A program made the position numbers and the translations under genes. The notes under the pieces were generated by a model, which did no database searches, had not been told where the DNA came from, and worked only from the letters and a program-made list of their open reading frames with translations. Below, in pieces: positions 42,886 through 51,267 of a stretch of DNA of 64,000 bases. The DNA is from Candidatus Latescibacterota bacterium (GTDB lineage: Bacteria > Latescibacterota > UBA2968 > UBA8231). Within the stretch, counting starts at the first letter, position 1; every line of letters begins with the position of its first letter. The stretch spans positions 768,001-832,000 of the forward strand of contig OY730476.1 of assembly GCA_963422735.1 (NCBI GenBank), read 5' to 3'.

Positions 42886-43214
42886 TGTCTGAACATCACG
42901 TCGTCCCGCTCAAGATCTACTTTCTAATCTTCTCCGCCCTGATGATCGGCACGGTCCTCACCGTGGCCGCCGCCTTTGTCAACATGGGCTTTTTGAATAC
43001 CCCGGTCGCCCTGATCATCGCCTTAGTAAAGGCATCGCTGGTCATCTTGTTCTTCATGCACGTGAAATACAGCCCCAAGCTGGTCGGGCTGTTTGCCGTG
43101 TCCGGCTTCTTCTGGCTGTGCATCCTGTTGGCCTTGACCATGCAGGACTATTACACGCGCGGCTGGGGCGAAGAAGCGCCGGTGGAGTTTCTCAAGCAAG
43201 GGTCGTTCTTCTAA
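42885..43214 (+). CDS. Cytochrome c oxidase subunit IV
   Basis: KASLVILFFMHVKY. Confidence 0.88.
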   Translation: MSEHHVVPLKIYFLIFSALMIGTVLTVAAAFVNMGFLNTPVALIIALVKASLVILFFMHVKYSPKLVGLFAVSGFFWLCILLALTMQDYYTRGWGEEAPVEFLKQGSFF

Positions 43215-43257
43215 GGATGATGGTGAGGGATGAGACTGGTGGAAAGAAATTAGGGAT

Positions 43258-43455
43258 ATGTCGATTAAGCTAAAGGACATCTGGCCAATCGAGAATGTTG
43301 GCGATTACAAGGTCCATTTCGGACGAGACTTCATCTTTTCGCTGATGAACTTTTACCGTTTTTCGCTGATGAACTTTTACCGTGAGAAAGACGGCTGGCT
43401 ATTCGGAGGAATCTTCCGCGTCTTGGCTCAGCATGAAGATCGCTACGCGGTTAGG
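43258..43455 (+). pseudogene. Degraded 5' part of a GIY-YIG nuclease-family gene
   Basis: DYKVHF...IFSLMNFY...WLFGGIFRV N-terminal signature, with internal deletion and a 24-bp tandem duplication; nuclease domain missing. Confidence 0.6.
43336..43383. repeat. Perfect 24-bp tandem duplication (TTTTCGCTGATGAACTTTTACCGT x2)
   Basis: Read directly; encodes FSLMNFYR twice. Confidence 0.92.
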
Positions 43456-43675
43456 CCCTCGGAGCCGGGAATGTCGATATAGGCCACCGTTCCCTGGCCT
43501 GCGGGGCTGTAGGCGGCACTATACAGACTGGGTTGTCCGCTGTCGGCTTGGGCTCCGGGCGGGCGCAGATAGAGAATCCAGTGTTCGCCGGGCCAGAGGA
43601 GCGCGGCACTCCGCTCGTGCGTTTTGCGTCGCATGGAGGTGTCAGGATTGCACTTTACACGTTGGAACCATGCCG

Positions 43676-43711
43676 CTCAAGCAATATCGCGGACCAGCAT
43701 CAAGATCGCCG
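43676..43711. repeat. Diverged copy of groES-like gene 3' end (36 bp)
   Basis: 33/36 identical to 44140..44175; encodes AILMLVRDIA* vs AILVLVRDIA*. Confidence 0.9.
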
Positions 43712-43712
43712 A

Positions 43713-43951
43713 TTAGCGATATGCCTCGTGGCGGTGTTCCACTCGGTAGATGGTAACAACTCGCCCGCGATCATCTATGTCGTAGAGAATTCGATAGACT
43801 CCCACACGCAAGCTGTAATCCGTTCTTTCTTGAAGCCTTTTTGCAGATGTAGGAAGAGGATTTTCTGACAGGCTATCGATGTGTCTGCTCATCAAGGCGG
43901 CAGATTAGAGAGGTCTCGCATCGCCCGCCGCATGATGCGAACGCTATACAT
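43713..43951 (-). pseudogene. Frameshifted RelE/ParE family toxin
   Basis: MYSVRIMRRAMRDLSNLP* then out of frame SLSENPLP..YSLRVGVYRILYDID..VEHRHEAYR. Confidence 0.85.
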
Positions 43952-43974
43952 CCGCTCTGCCTGCTTGTAACTCT

Positions 43975-44088
43975 ACCCCTCTGAGTCTTCAAGTTCCTCT
44001 AGCACACGTAGTCGAGCAGTACCGCTTTCTTCTTGCCACGGGAGTCCACGACAAACTGAGATCTTTTAATCATATCAGCAACGCCCAT
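43975..44088 (-). pseudogene. Truncated antitoxin of the RelE pair
   Basis: AAGGAG RBS, QFVVDSRGKKKAVLLDY then premature TAG, followed by EELED. Confidence 0.7.
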
Positions 44089-44140
44089 TTCGTTCTCCTT
44101 TCCTGCATATATCCCGCAAATCTCCGGTCCCAAACGACTC

Positions 44141-44506
44141 TCAAGCAATGTCGCGGACGAGCACCAAGATCGCCGCCTGCGGCACGACGATGAACTTCTC
44201 GGCGTCGAACTTGATTTCCACCGCGTCGTTGCGCAGGAAAATGGCGTGGTCTCCCTTCTTCGCCTGGAGGCCGATATAGCGCATCTGCTCGCCCCTCTCT
44301 TGGTCCCAAGGCACGCCGTCGTCATCGGTTTTCGGCGGCAAGGGAACGCCTGGCCCTACCTCTTCGACGCGCCCGCTTTGCACATTCTCCTTTTCCAAGG
44401 CGGTCGGCGGCAAGTAAAGCCCCACGGCCGTGCGCTCTTCCATGTCGTCAACCCGGATTAGCACGCGGTCGCCGACTACATACAGTTCCTTGTCGCCCCT
44501 AATCAT
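44141..44506 (-). CDS. Co-chaperone GroES family protein (stand-alone)
   Basis: GDRVLI, GLYLP, G.VEEVGPG; no groEL adjacent. Confidence 0.85.
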   Translation of the reverse strand: MIRGDKELYVVGDRVLIRVDDMEERTAVGLYLPPTALEKENVQSGRVEEVGPGVPLPPKTDDDGVPWDQERGEQMRYIGLQAKKGDHAIFLRNDAVEIKFDAEKFIVVPQAAILVLVRDIA

Positions 44507-44520
44507 CTACTCCTCCTGCG

Positions 44521-45780
44521 TTAAGACGCTAGTCGCAAACACTCGCTGTAGCGCTCGAAGCGCTCTCCTTCCCCCTCTTCTGGATCGACGTATTTGAGCC
44601 AAAGGGCACTGTCCTTCTTGTCGCCGCTGAGTTTGCGGCGGCTGCCCAGATGGCTCGGATCGACGCCGTTCCACACCACTTGGCCATCCTGCATATAGAT
44701 GAATGCCCCTCGATAGCGGTCAATTAGCTTCCGCCGTTCTTCTTCGTAGATCAGCCCCTGCTCGCAGGTGGTGCGCCGCCAGTTGGCCACTGTAGCGTCT
44801 GAGTCCGTAGATACCGAGTCAAATTCGGCAAGCGGAGCCTCGACCTCACTCGCAAAGTCGATCTCGTTCAAATCCACCGTGCCAAAGCCGTGCTCGGCAG
44901 CTATCAGCAGATGATTGCGGTCGCGGCGGAAAGGCGGGATCGGCCAATCGGAGCGGGGATCGTGGCCCATCAAAGTCATGCCGCAGGCATCGGTCGCCAC
45001 CGGATGATCGCCAGCCATCAAGGCATTGCAAATCCGGCCCTCGCCGCCCCATTCGCGTCCCCATTGGCCGGTGAGGGCCTCGACGATGTTGAGGCAGGGC
45101 TTGGTAATCATGCCCAAGTCCGGCAGGACGTAAGAAAGCCGGATTAGATGGTGGTAATACGACCGCGTCCGCCCTTCCGGCGGGATCATCGGAGGCAGGC
45201 CAAAGAGATTTTTCAGGGTCAAGGTAATGCCCATGAAGGCGTGATTTTTCATCTTGGCGATGGATACCACCTCGTCGGCCTCGGCAAAGATGGCATTGAG
45301 CAGGTAGCGGTCGAACATGCAGCCGCCACCGGGTACGTCGTACGTGGCAAAGGGAGGCAAGTTTGAGTCCACATAGCGGACGCCAAAATCGTCCAATATA
45401 TAGCGGTAGTTGAAGTCTTCGGGCGTTACATGGCCGTTGCCGTAAGGATAGGTGTCGGTGGCGACTAGCTCGGCGGTAGTCCGCTCTCGCAGCAGGCGCA
45501 GCACCGCGCGGGCCACCGCATCATCTACTAACTCCCTCCGGCGACCAGCGAAGTACTCTATGCGCTCCGGCGGCTTGATCATATTGAATTTCAATACGAT
45601 CCGCCGCGCCTTTTCCAGCTTCTTCCAAGAGCGATCTAGCGGATCGGTAGTCCGTTTGAGGACCTCGTATATTTCTTCCTCGCTCGCCCGATGGTGGCAA
45701 TGCGAGGCTCTAACCGCGTATTGTCTATCGCCCATGGCGACCTTTCCTTTCCAGTTAAATGTTTGTGGTTTACTACTCAC
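44521..45780 (-). CDS. DUF362 domain protein
   Basis: LKFN, SIAKMKNH..ITLTLKNLFG, DHPVATD. Confidence 0.8.
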   Translation of the reverse strand: MSSKPQTFNWKGKVAMGDRQYAVRASHCHHRASEEEIYEVLKRTTDPLDRSWKKLEKARRIVLKFNMIKPPERIEYFAGRRRELVDDAVARAVLRLLRERTTAELVATDTYPYGNGHVTPEDFNYRYILDDFGVRYVDSNLPPFATYDVPGGGCMFDRYLLNAIFAEADEVVSIAKMKNHAFMGITLTLKNLFGLPPMIPPEGRTRSYYHHLIRLSYVLPDLGMITKPCLNIVEALTGQWGREWGGEGRICNALMAGDHPVATDACGMTLMGHDPRSDWPIPPFRRDRNHLLIAAEHGFGTVDLNEIDFASEVEAPLAEFDSVSTDSDATVANWRRTTCEQGLIYEEERRKLIDRYRGAFIYMQDGQVVWNGVDPSHLGSRRKLSGDKKDSALWLKYVDPEEGEGERFERYSECLRLAS

Positions 45781-47089
45781 CGAGGACGCCCACGGTCTGT
45801 TCGAGCCGCATCAGGGCAAGCGCCTTGTCGCGGCGAGCAACAGCACTTTGAGTGCGCGCCTCCACTAAGGCCAATTGCGCGTCCAGATTTTCCAATTGCG
45901 TACCGACTCCGCTCACATAGCGCAACTCGGCGACTTCCAGCCCCTTCTCGGCCTGCAATACCGCATCGCGGTGGGCCTCAATGCGCTCGCTGGCTTCCTC
46001 GACGGCATAATAGGCCTGCTGGATTTGCAGCCGCACTTCTCTCTCGATCCGTTGATGGTCGTACTCTATCCGCCGCAGGTCCTGCCGCGCCTGTGCTACT
46101 CGCGCCCCGGTGAGCCGCCCGTCGAAAAGTGGTATTTGCACTACTAGCCCGGTGTTCCAACTCTTGCGCCACTCCCGATCGGCTAGGTCGAACTCGTCGC
46201 TCTGGAACTGGGTTTGTCCAGTGGCTACTAGTTCCACCCTAGGCCGGGTGGACGCCTGATCAGCGGCGATCTTTCGCTCGTGCCATCCTATTTCTTGCTC
46301 GACGTGTGCCAGCTCTGGCCGCTCCGATAGCCCCAAGGTGACGAGAGCTTCCGGATCATCGAGATCAAGTGCCGTCTCGGTGCGAAACGTTCCCCGCACT
46401 TCTATGGCTCGGTCCAAGTCTAAACCAACGACATCCTTGAGGGCCATAGTCGCCAGCCGCAGGTTGTTTTCGGCGCGAATGGAATCGGCGCGCATGTTCG
46501 AGACCTGCACCTGAGCGCGCAACTGGTCGAGTTCGGCGGCCCGGCCGGCCTGCGCCCATGCCTCCACCTCGGACAGATTGCGTCTCGCCCACGCAAGTGC
46601 CAGATGCGACACGGTGCGCAACTCCTCTGCTAGGAGCAGGTCGTAAAATCGCTCCTCTACCTCGGCCATCACGAGCTGTGTTGTCTGCCTCTCGGTCTGG
46701 CCAAGCATGGCAAATTGGCGGCGAGCCATGTCCTCAAAAGCGCGAATGCGGCCTCCAGCATAGAGCGGCTGGCGCACACTCATGATGCCCGTGATGTTGT
46801 TTTCCGTGCCTATTTTGACGGCACTGCCGGCAAAAATAAAAGAAGGCAGCAGCCAGTTGCGGTTATAAGTGAAGGAGGCCTCGACCTGCGGCAGCCCCCC
46901 CGCCCGAGCCACGCGGAGTTCCTCGCGCCCACTCAGCAGGTCAATGCGGGCTTGCAATAGGCGTTCGTTGTTTTCTTGCACCAAAGCCAACCCAGTTTGC
47001 AAGTCGAGGATCAGCGGCCTAGCCTCTGCGTTGGCTGAACGGCTAGAGACCACGCACAAGACCACCAAGCAGAAAGTCTTGATCAACAT
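45773..47089 (-). CDS. TolC family outer membrane protein
   Basis: Signal peptide, QPLYAGG, IPLFDG, RY.SGVGT repeats. Confidence 0.88.
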   Translation of the reverse strand: MLIKTFCLVVLCVVSSRSANAEARPLILDLQTGLALVQENNERLLQARIDLLSGREELRVARAGGLPQVEASFTYNRNWLLPSFIFAGSAVKIGTENNITGIMSVRQPLYAGGRIRAFEDMARRQFAMLGQTERQTTQLVMAEVEERFYDLLLAEELRTVSHLALAWARRNLSEVEAWAQAGRAAELDQLRAQVQVSNMRADSIRAENNLRLATMALKDVVGLDLDRAIEVRGTFRTETALDLDDPEALVTLGLSERPELAHVEQEIGWHERKIAADQASTRPRVELVATGQTQFQSDEFDLADREWRKSWNTGLVVQIPLFDGRLTGARVAQARQDLRRIEYDHQRIEREVRLQIQQAYYAVEEASERIEAHRDAVLQAEKGLEVAELRYVSGVGTQLENLDAQLALVEARTQSAVARRDKALALMRLEQTVGVLGE

Positions 47090-47343
47090 AGCAAGCCGCG
47101 TTGCCGCAGCCACGCCGCGACATCCTCGCCTCCCACATCGGCCAGCGCAACGCCGTCGATTTCAACGCCGGGCCAAGCGTACTGCCGGCTCTTGGCGACC
47201 ATTTCCGCAAAGGCCTTGCGGCCGCTGATAATATCCAATTCCTCGCATTGTAATCCGGCTCTATCGAGTACCGCCCGCACTCCTGGGAGCCAAAGGCAAT
47301 ACGGATTGAGATATGCTTTGATTACAGGGGTAGTCTCTTCCAC
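47083..47343 (-). CDS. Glutaredoxin-like protein (single Cys, CLWL)
   Basis: AYLNPYC, MVAKSRQ..P.VEIDG..LADVGGE; GTG start with AAGGA RBS. Confidence 0.65.
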   Translation of the reverse strand: MEETTPVIKAYLNPYCLWLPGVRAVLDRAGLQCEELDIISGRKAFAEMVAKSRQYAWPGVEIDGVALADVGGEDVAAWLRQRGLLC

Positions 47344-47433
47344 TTTGTCCTTTCCGATGTATAGGGGACGCGATATATTGAGAAAAACATATCGCCCGCC
47401 TCTCATCCCTGTCAAGGAAGGCATCTCTAATTC

Positions 47434-48261
47434 ATGAAACCTCTGATCCTGTTCCACGGAGGCTGTAACGACGGCTTCTGTGCCGCGTGGATCTACCGCC
47501 GCTACGTCAACCCGCAAGCCGAATTTAGGGCGGTTCAATACAATACCGACCCACCGGCTACGGCCGGCCGCGACGTCGTCATCCTCGACTTCAGCTACGA
47601 GCGGGTACAGCTCATGGAGATGCACGGCCACGCCCGCTCGCTCTTGGTTTTGGACCATCACGAGACGGCCGCGCATGACTTAGCCGGGCTCGACTATTGC
47701 GTGTTCGCCGAGGACAAGTCTGGGGGGCGCATGACTTGGGAATACTTTTTCGACCCCCGCTCTCAGGCCAGTATCGACGACGTCCCCTGGCTGGTGGCCT
47801 ATACCGAAGACCGCGATCTGTGGCGGTGGGCCTTGGCCGATTCCAAGGCCGTCAACGCCGCCCTCGCCTCGTACCCGCGCGACTTTGCCGTGTGGGACGA
47901 AATCGCCGCGCGAGGGCCGCAAGCCCTCGCCGTGGAAGGCCAAGCCATTCTCCGCTTCCAACACCGGCTCATCCGGCCGCGCGTCCGCTATCACGGTTGG
48001 ACCACTATTAGCGGGTTTCGCGTTCCCATTACCAATGCCACGTTTCTGACCTCTGAAATCGGCAATGCCCTCGCCGAAGGGCATCCCTTTTCCGCGGTGT
48101 TTTTCGTCCGTCCCGACAGCAAGGTCGTGTACAATCTGCGCTCCAAGGGGGACGCGGCCGCGGATGTGGGCCGCATAGCGCGCGATCACGGCGGCGGTGG
48201 GCACAAACACGCGGCGGCTTTTACCTTGGAGACTATGTTGCCGATGGAAGATGCTGCATAG
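47434..48261 (+). CDS. DHH/DHHA1 family phosphoesterase
   Basis: H..C.DG, LDFS, LDHH, DRDLW, GGGGHKHAA. Confidence 0.88.
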   Translation: MKPLILFHGGCNDGFCAAWIYRRYVNPQAEFRAVQYNTDPPATAGRDVVILDFSYERVQLMEMHGHARSLLVLDHHETAAHDLAGLDYCVFAEDKSGGRMTWEYFFDPRSQASIDDVPWLVAYTEDRDLWRWALADSKAVNAALASYPRDFAVWDEIAARGPQALAVEGQAILRFQHRLIRPRVRYHGWTTISGFRVPITNATFLTSEIGNALAEGHPFSAVFFVRPDSKVVYNLRSKGDAAADVGRIARDHGGGGHKHAAAFTLETMLPMEDAA

Positions 48262-49062
48262 ATGACCCCCGAACAGCGTTATCTATTCGACATCAACGGC
48301 TATTTGCATCTTCCCAATGTGCTTAGCGATAGCGAACTAGCGGCTGCCCGAGCGGCTGTGGACCGCTATATGGCCACGCCCGATGACGAACTGCCCGAGG
48401 GCTTTTCCCGCTCCGACGACGGCAAGTCCTACGCCAACGGCTTTGCTTTCGATAAGGCGCTTGAATCCTTGATCTTCCACCCCACCCTGTGGCCCATCAT
48501 CAAAGAGTTCACCCACGACCGGCCTGCTTTTAGCCGGGGCACCCTGTTGGTAAATAGTCACCGGCACGAGCCGCTGCGCCTGCATTGTGCCCGCGAGGAC
48601 TTTGGCTGGCAAAGTACGCGCTACGACACCCGCGAAGGCCGGATCTTCTGCGACGATTTCGTCATCTTCCCCTATTTCGACGACGTCTTCCCGGGCGACG
48701 GCGGCTTGTTGGTGGTTCCAGGCTCGCACAAGGCGGCGTTTGCGCGTCCGCCTAGCCTGTTCAACGGCGGCGTCACCACCCATTTGGAGGATTTGCCCGT
48801 TGGGGTCGTCAATGTGACGCCGCGGGCCGGAGACGCCGTGGTAATGACGGAAATGCTAGCCCACGGGACCTTGCAATGGAAGCCTAAAGATCGCTTGCGC
48901 CGCACCTTAGTGTTGCGCTACCGGCCCCAATTCAAGGGCCAAGCCGCGGTCCCGGAAGTCCTCTATGACCGCTTGTCGCCTCAGACTAGAGAGCTGATGG
49001 CCTCAGCTCACTACACCCATGTCAAGGAGATGGTCAAGAAGGGTGTAGTGCGGCTCACTTAA
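48262..49062 (+). CDS. Phytanoyl-CoA dioxygenase family protein
   Basis: YLFDINGYL, DGGLLVVPGSHK, AGD...E...HGT..W. Confidence 0.85.
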   Translation: MTPEQRYLFDINGYLHLPNVLSDSELAAARAAVDRYMATPDDELPEGFSRSDDGKSYANGFAFDKALESLIFHPTLWPIIKEFTHDRPAFSRGTLLVNSHRHEPLRLHCAREDFGWQSTRYDTREGRIFCDDFVIFPYFDDVFPGDGGLLVVPGSHKAAFARPPSLFNGGVTTHLEDLPVGVVNVTPRAGDAVVMTEMLAHGTLQWKPKDRLRRTLVLRYRPQFKGQAAVPEVLYDRLSPQTRELMASAHYTHVKEMVKKGVVRLT

Positions 49063-49075
49063 ACAAAATCAAACC

Positions 49076-49119
49076 AAAAAAACAGGCACCTGCGATGGGT
49101 CGCAAGCACCTGTTTTTTT
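49076..49119. terminator. Bidirectional terminator between dioxygenase and tRNA-Lys
   Basis: A7CAGG...CCTGT7 hairpin with inner TGCGA/TCGCA. Confidence 0.7.
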
Positions 49120-49194
49120 GGTGAGCCCACTGGGGATCGAACCCAGGACCTACGGATTAAAAGTCCGGTGCTCTACCAGCTGAGCTATAGGCTC
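49119..49194 (-). tRNA. tRNA-Lys (TTT)
   Basis: GAGCCTATAGCTCAGCTGGTAGAGC..CCGGA-CTTTTAA-TCCG..GGTTCGATCCC..GGCTCACCA. Confidence 0.96.
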
Positions 49195-49296
49195 TATCCG
49201 CGCTGTATCTAACTCAAAATAAGCGGTTTGCGTATCCATCGCAAGGCTTTGGTCAGTGGTTAGTGGCCAGTGGTCCGTCCCGTCCCGTCCACCCAA

Positions 49297-50815
49297 TTAG
49301 TAGGCCAAAGCGATTATTTTGGTTGTTTTCTGAGTCTGCGCGTCCCCTTGCACTTCAACCCGCAAAATGTAGTTTCCCGGCGCGGCCATCTGCCCGGATT
49401 CGTCTTGGCCATCCCAACTCAACTTTGTCGGCCCGGCTGTTTGCTGCTGATCGTCCAACACTCGGACTTTCCGTCCGCTCAGGTCGTAGAGTGACACGTG
49501 CAGCAAGCGGGGCTGGAGGACGTTCAACAGGGCGAATTCTATCTGCAGCAAATCGCCGATGCCATCTCCGTTGGGGGTCACGAGCGCAGCCGACAACGCG
49601 AGCCTGTCAATTAACCCAGAGCTGACGGGCAGCGACACGGCGATCGCTTCGCTGGCATCGCCCACATCCACCCGTTGCCTTATCTGTCGCTCTCCCTGGC
49701 CGCTGGCTAAGAACGCCTCGAAGGGCATCTGTTGGCGGTATATGGTGCTGGCAAAGTCGAGTTCGATCAACCCGGCTCGGACGAATGGATCGGCAAAGGC
49801 GATGTCCAAGCCGCCATCCACTAGGGTGACCTCTGCATCCAATTAGGACTTGCCAGCGCAGCGATCCGTCCGATCCCCAGAGGATATACCAAGGGAAGTG
49901 GATGGCGTTGCGCCGGATCCAGCGCCAGTCAACGCTGCTGGGCGCAATGCCGGCCAGATCGCCCAAAATTCGCACCCGATCCACCCAGTACAGGGCACCT
50001 AAGTCAAAAGTGAATTCGGTGTCGCCCGGTTGAGAAAAACCCCAGTAGCGCCAACTCGACACGATATCGCCATCGATCAGCGCGTTGCTATTGCCCGTTG
50101 ATTCGTAGCCCTCGGCCCGCGTGCCGATTTCGTTGAGGATATCGACTTGGCCGCCGCGTTCCCGCATCCCCAGCGAGATGTTGTCCCCCACGGCCTTCAC
50201 CTCAATCGAGCTGATCCCCGCCCCTTGGGTGGGCAAGTCCACTTCAATGCGGATGAATTGCAGCGGTTTAAGGCCGTATTCGATGACCACCTCCCGCTGC
50301 TGGTTGAAGCTGTAGCGAAAGCGGTCGCTATAGCGCATAATGCTCGGCAAGGGTAGTCCGGTCGAATCAAAAAAGTGCTCGCCATTGGACAGCAGAACCT
50401 GAAAAAACTCCAACGGCGGTCCATCTTCCCTGAGCTGCAAGATCACGCGCCGCGCAGAAACGACGCGACCCAGATCGAGCTCGACGTACATGCTATCGGG
50501 ATCATCGTCCCAATCGGGGCCCCAGAAGCGGCCCGAGCTCCCGTCGATCAGATTGCCAGCATCGCCGCCGTTGGAGCCTGCGGCGCGGATGCCGCCGCCG
50601 AAATTGCCAGCATTGGCGACCGCATCGATATTGCGCCGCACGAATCTGGGGCCGGCCTTCCCGCGGCGGATTTCGATTGCGTCGCCAGGCCGCTGCCACG
50701 CATCCCAATCCGCACTGGTCCCAATCCGCAGTTCTTCGCACGTCGCGGGCGAATATATCACTCCGCAGGGCAGCAAGGCCCAAAGGGCGAGCCCCAACTT
50801 GCGTTGAGTTTTCAT
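49297..50815 (-). pseudogene. Secreted discoidin-like/FlgD-Ig-tailed protein split by a frameshift (probable internal deletion near 49850)
   Basis: Signal peptide and ELDLGR/FDLGALYWVDRVR motifs in 49607..50815; TPNGDG..YDLSGRKVR..WDGQDESG..PGNY FlgD-Ig tail in another frame (49297..49842). Confidence 0.7.
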
Positions 50816-50867
50816 GGTGCGACTCCCGCGCCCGGGTGTAAGTTAGCACAAACGGCTACGCAGACAA

Positions 50868-50902
50868 AAACAAGTGCCTAGGATTTTCCCCAGCACTTGT
50901 TT
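50868..50902. repeat. 10-bp inverted repeat AAACAAGTGC-15bp-GCACTTGTTT (operator or hairpin)
   Basis: Read directly, upstream of the secreted-protein gene. Confidence 0.5.
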
Positions 50903-50980
50903 CGCGAGTGCCGGCCACGGCCAGCACAGCCCCGCGACGCCAGCAGGCGCTTTGTTAGGAACTCTAAGGGTTAGGCGAGC

Positions 50981-51017
50981 AAAAAAGCCCCAGCTTGCCG
51001 GTAGGAGACAAGCCGGG
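50981..51017 (-). terminator. Rho-independent terminator downstream of the defence island
   Basis: CCCGGCTTG/CAAGCTGGG stem followed by GC-T6 on minus strand. Confidence 0.6.
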
Positions 51018-51040
51018 AAACGCAGGGTTGTAGTCGATGT

Positions 51041-51175
51041 TTAGGGGATGGCGTACTTGAAAACAATTTGAATCAAGACCAGCACTACGGGCACTCCGAT
51101 GCTTATCGCCTTGATCGCCATCCGCACTTCGCCCTTGAGTTCGGCAACATCCTCCTTTGTCGCCAGATACTTATG
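51041..51175 (-). pseudogene. C-terminal fragment of DUF1640-like coiled-coil/TM protein
   Basis: HKYLATKEDVAELKGEVRMAIKAISIGVPVVLVLIQIVFKYAIP*; no start, cut at the island repeat. Confidence 0.5.
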
Positions 51176-51176
51176 A

Positions 51177-51251
51177 TGAGAAAACGCTACCTGTTCCCTA
51201 TCCCACGCGATACTTCGTCACGGCCTCCATATCAAGCTCAAAGCCCAGCCC
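51177..51251. repeat. Left 75-bp boundary repeat: diverged copy of the enolase-family gene 3' end
   Basis: 66/75 identical to 62115..62189; encodes GLGFELDMEAVTKYRVG* vs GLGVELDMEAVEKYRVR*. Confidence 0.92.
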
Positions 51252-51267
51252 AAGGGCGACAAAGCCA

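Noticed and set aside
28472-49194. tRNA-Leu, tRNA-Arg and tRNA-Lys as island integration sites
   Set aside because: No duplicated tRNA 3' ends or integrase genes seen near any of them
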